Shown here piece by piece: positions 62,429 to 64,000 of a DNA stretch of 64,000 nucleotides. The translations under genes were made by a program, and so were the position numbers. The notes beneath the pieces are model-generated. The model saw only the letters and a program-made list of their open reading frames with translations, did no database searches and was not told the origin of the DNA. How positions within the stretch are numbered: position 1 is the stretch's first letter; each line of letters opens with the position of its first letter. The stretch is from the NCBI GenBank assembly GCA_049999805.1, contig JBNGIO010006303.1, positions 387,873 through 451,872 on the forward strand. Reading direction: 5' to 3'. This stretch comes from Folioceros fuciformis (lineage: Eukaryota).

Positions 62429-63613
62429 ATGAGCGCTGATTTCTTTTACAAGGAAGCGCAGCGGCTCAAGTATGTTGCACGATCTGCCTTCAAGGTGGGC
62501 ATACCCTTTTTCTTCTTGCTCTTACCCGGATTTTGTGCTGGCTACCGAGATGAATTTGTATGGACTCTAAGAGCGTGTAGGTGCAAGGCAGCTCCTCGAA
62601 ATTCAGAAGAAGCATGCTCTAATTCGGCCGGGCGAACCGGTGCTCGACCTTGGCTGCGCCCCGGGCGCGTGGCTGCAGGTATCGACACTGCCCTGCCCAC
62701 ATGCATACCAGCTGGGCTGCAGCAAAGCTTGTCGTACGACCCTTGTGAGATAGATATAATATGGCTGGTAACTTTTGTTGCTGCCAGGTAGCCTGCCAAA
62801 GTCTGGGCGCCAGCAAATGCGGTGGAGCTGTAATCGGAGTGGATTTGAAGGTGACAGTCCTACGTTGCTGCTTCTCTGGTGTCTTGATCCAGAATTTTTG
62901 CTGTTGTGCATCCATGGCGCTACATGTGCTCTTTGCAGAGCAGAAGGTGAAGCTACCTTTGGAGTACTGCGATCACCGAGTCCGCAGCTTATGTGCAGAT
63001 GTCATGACCCTTGCCCCACAAGTGCTAGCAGATTTGTGTGAATCGGTCAGTTGGAGATGCACGTGCAAAATTCTGCAAGTAGTAGACAAAGCAAGGGTTT
63101 ATGGGGTTTAAGCTTGACCGGATCCTGTCGAATCATGATGCAGGAAGATGGCTTCTCCGTGATTCTGTCCGATTTGTGCCCGGCAGTTTCAGGCATCGGC
63201 AGCAGAGACGGTGCACTTTCCGGGGAGCTTGGCATGCGGGCTCTTGAGCTTGCCCTGGGATCCACCTTTTCTTCGTCAAGGCATGCCATTTCGGAGTCGG
63301 AGTCGGATCTAGACCTAAAATGTTCAGGCTCATCAGACAACGAAAGCAAGGGACTTCTGAGAGTAGGGGGAAGTGTTGTAATCAAGCTGCTTGAAGGTGA
63401 AGAAAGCCAAAGTAAGGTGCTTTGGGCGAAGCTATTTGCTGTTTTGCCGGAAGTTTCAAGTCGTGTAGTTCCTGACCCGTGCTTCTGGCAGGGTTCCCAC
63501 AGATCTGCAAGGGGCATTTCCGGACGCTGTTGTGGTACAGACCGAAAGCAACAAGGCCAACTTCTCGAGAGATATACTTGATTGCCAAGAAACGTATTCA
63601 TCCCGGAGGATAA
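62429..63613 (+). CDS. FtsJ/RlmE-type rRNA 2'-O-methyltransferase, multi-exon
   Basis: [82 protein letters not shown] (K-D-K-E tetrad positions); stop TAA 63611-63613. Confidence 0.92.
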
Positions 63614-64000
63614 TCTCCTCAGGACGAATATTGATCCTGCGTGACGGGGGCTGTTCACTCCTCGTGTTCAGACCGTTGTCTTGCTGTTCTGTAGCCATCT
63701 ACGTTTGCATGGTGATTTTTGGACGCAGCTTACTTTCAAGACCCATAAGTAACATGCGTCTCCGTAGTGCATTTTAGGAGACACCAGCACGTATTTCCGG
63801 ATCTGGCGACCCGAACGACAGAGTGATGTCGGGGGATCAGGGGCCGCGTACGGCACAGTTTCCGACGACAAGGCCGTTACAAAACAAATATATAGTCTGA
63901 AGATGGCGAGCATCGTGTGTCGGTTCCAAGCCATGAGGAGGGTCCATGAGTTCAAACGCATGATGTGGAGATCGTTCTCGGGGCATATCAGACCAATTCC

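Overview
Gene-dense eukaryotic nuclear DNA from a land plant with short GT-AG introns (mostly ~60-130 nt). A flagellar central-pair gene (SPAG16/PF20) points to a lineage with motile sperm; the compact layout suggests a hornwort or similar seed-free plant (inference only). In order, the window holds: SPAG16 (+), DEAD-box helicase RH57/ROK1 (-), plastid RPL28 (+), SEC62 (+), a nucleoside hydrolase (+), two tandem intronless F-box genes (the first with a nonsense codon), an mTERF4-like gene (-), a large low-complexity protein with a VPFxWE..PG.PK motif (+), VPS20 (-), a decayed ~3.5 kb PIF/Harbinger transposon with an internal 180-bp tandem array, a minisatellite cluster with an N gap, a tandem pair of small membrane-protein genes, a DUF3326 plastid protein (-), an FLX/FLL-like coiled-coil gene (+), downstream WW + Q/P-rich + CELF-type RRM exons (+), exportin-4 (-) and an FtsJ/RlmE-type rRNA methyltransferase (+). 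The best lead is that the FLX-like exons can splice in frame either to a short proximal last exon or across ~3.7 kb to the WW/prion-like/RRM exons. That would give an FLL-FCA-like fusion protein under alternative last-exon/polyadenylation control. All gene models were read by eye, with no transcript or database evidence.
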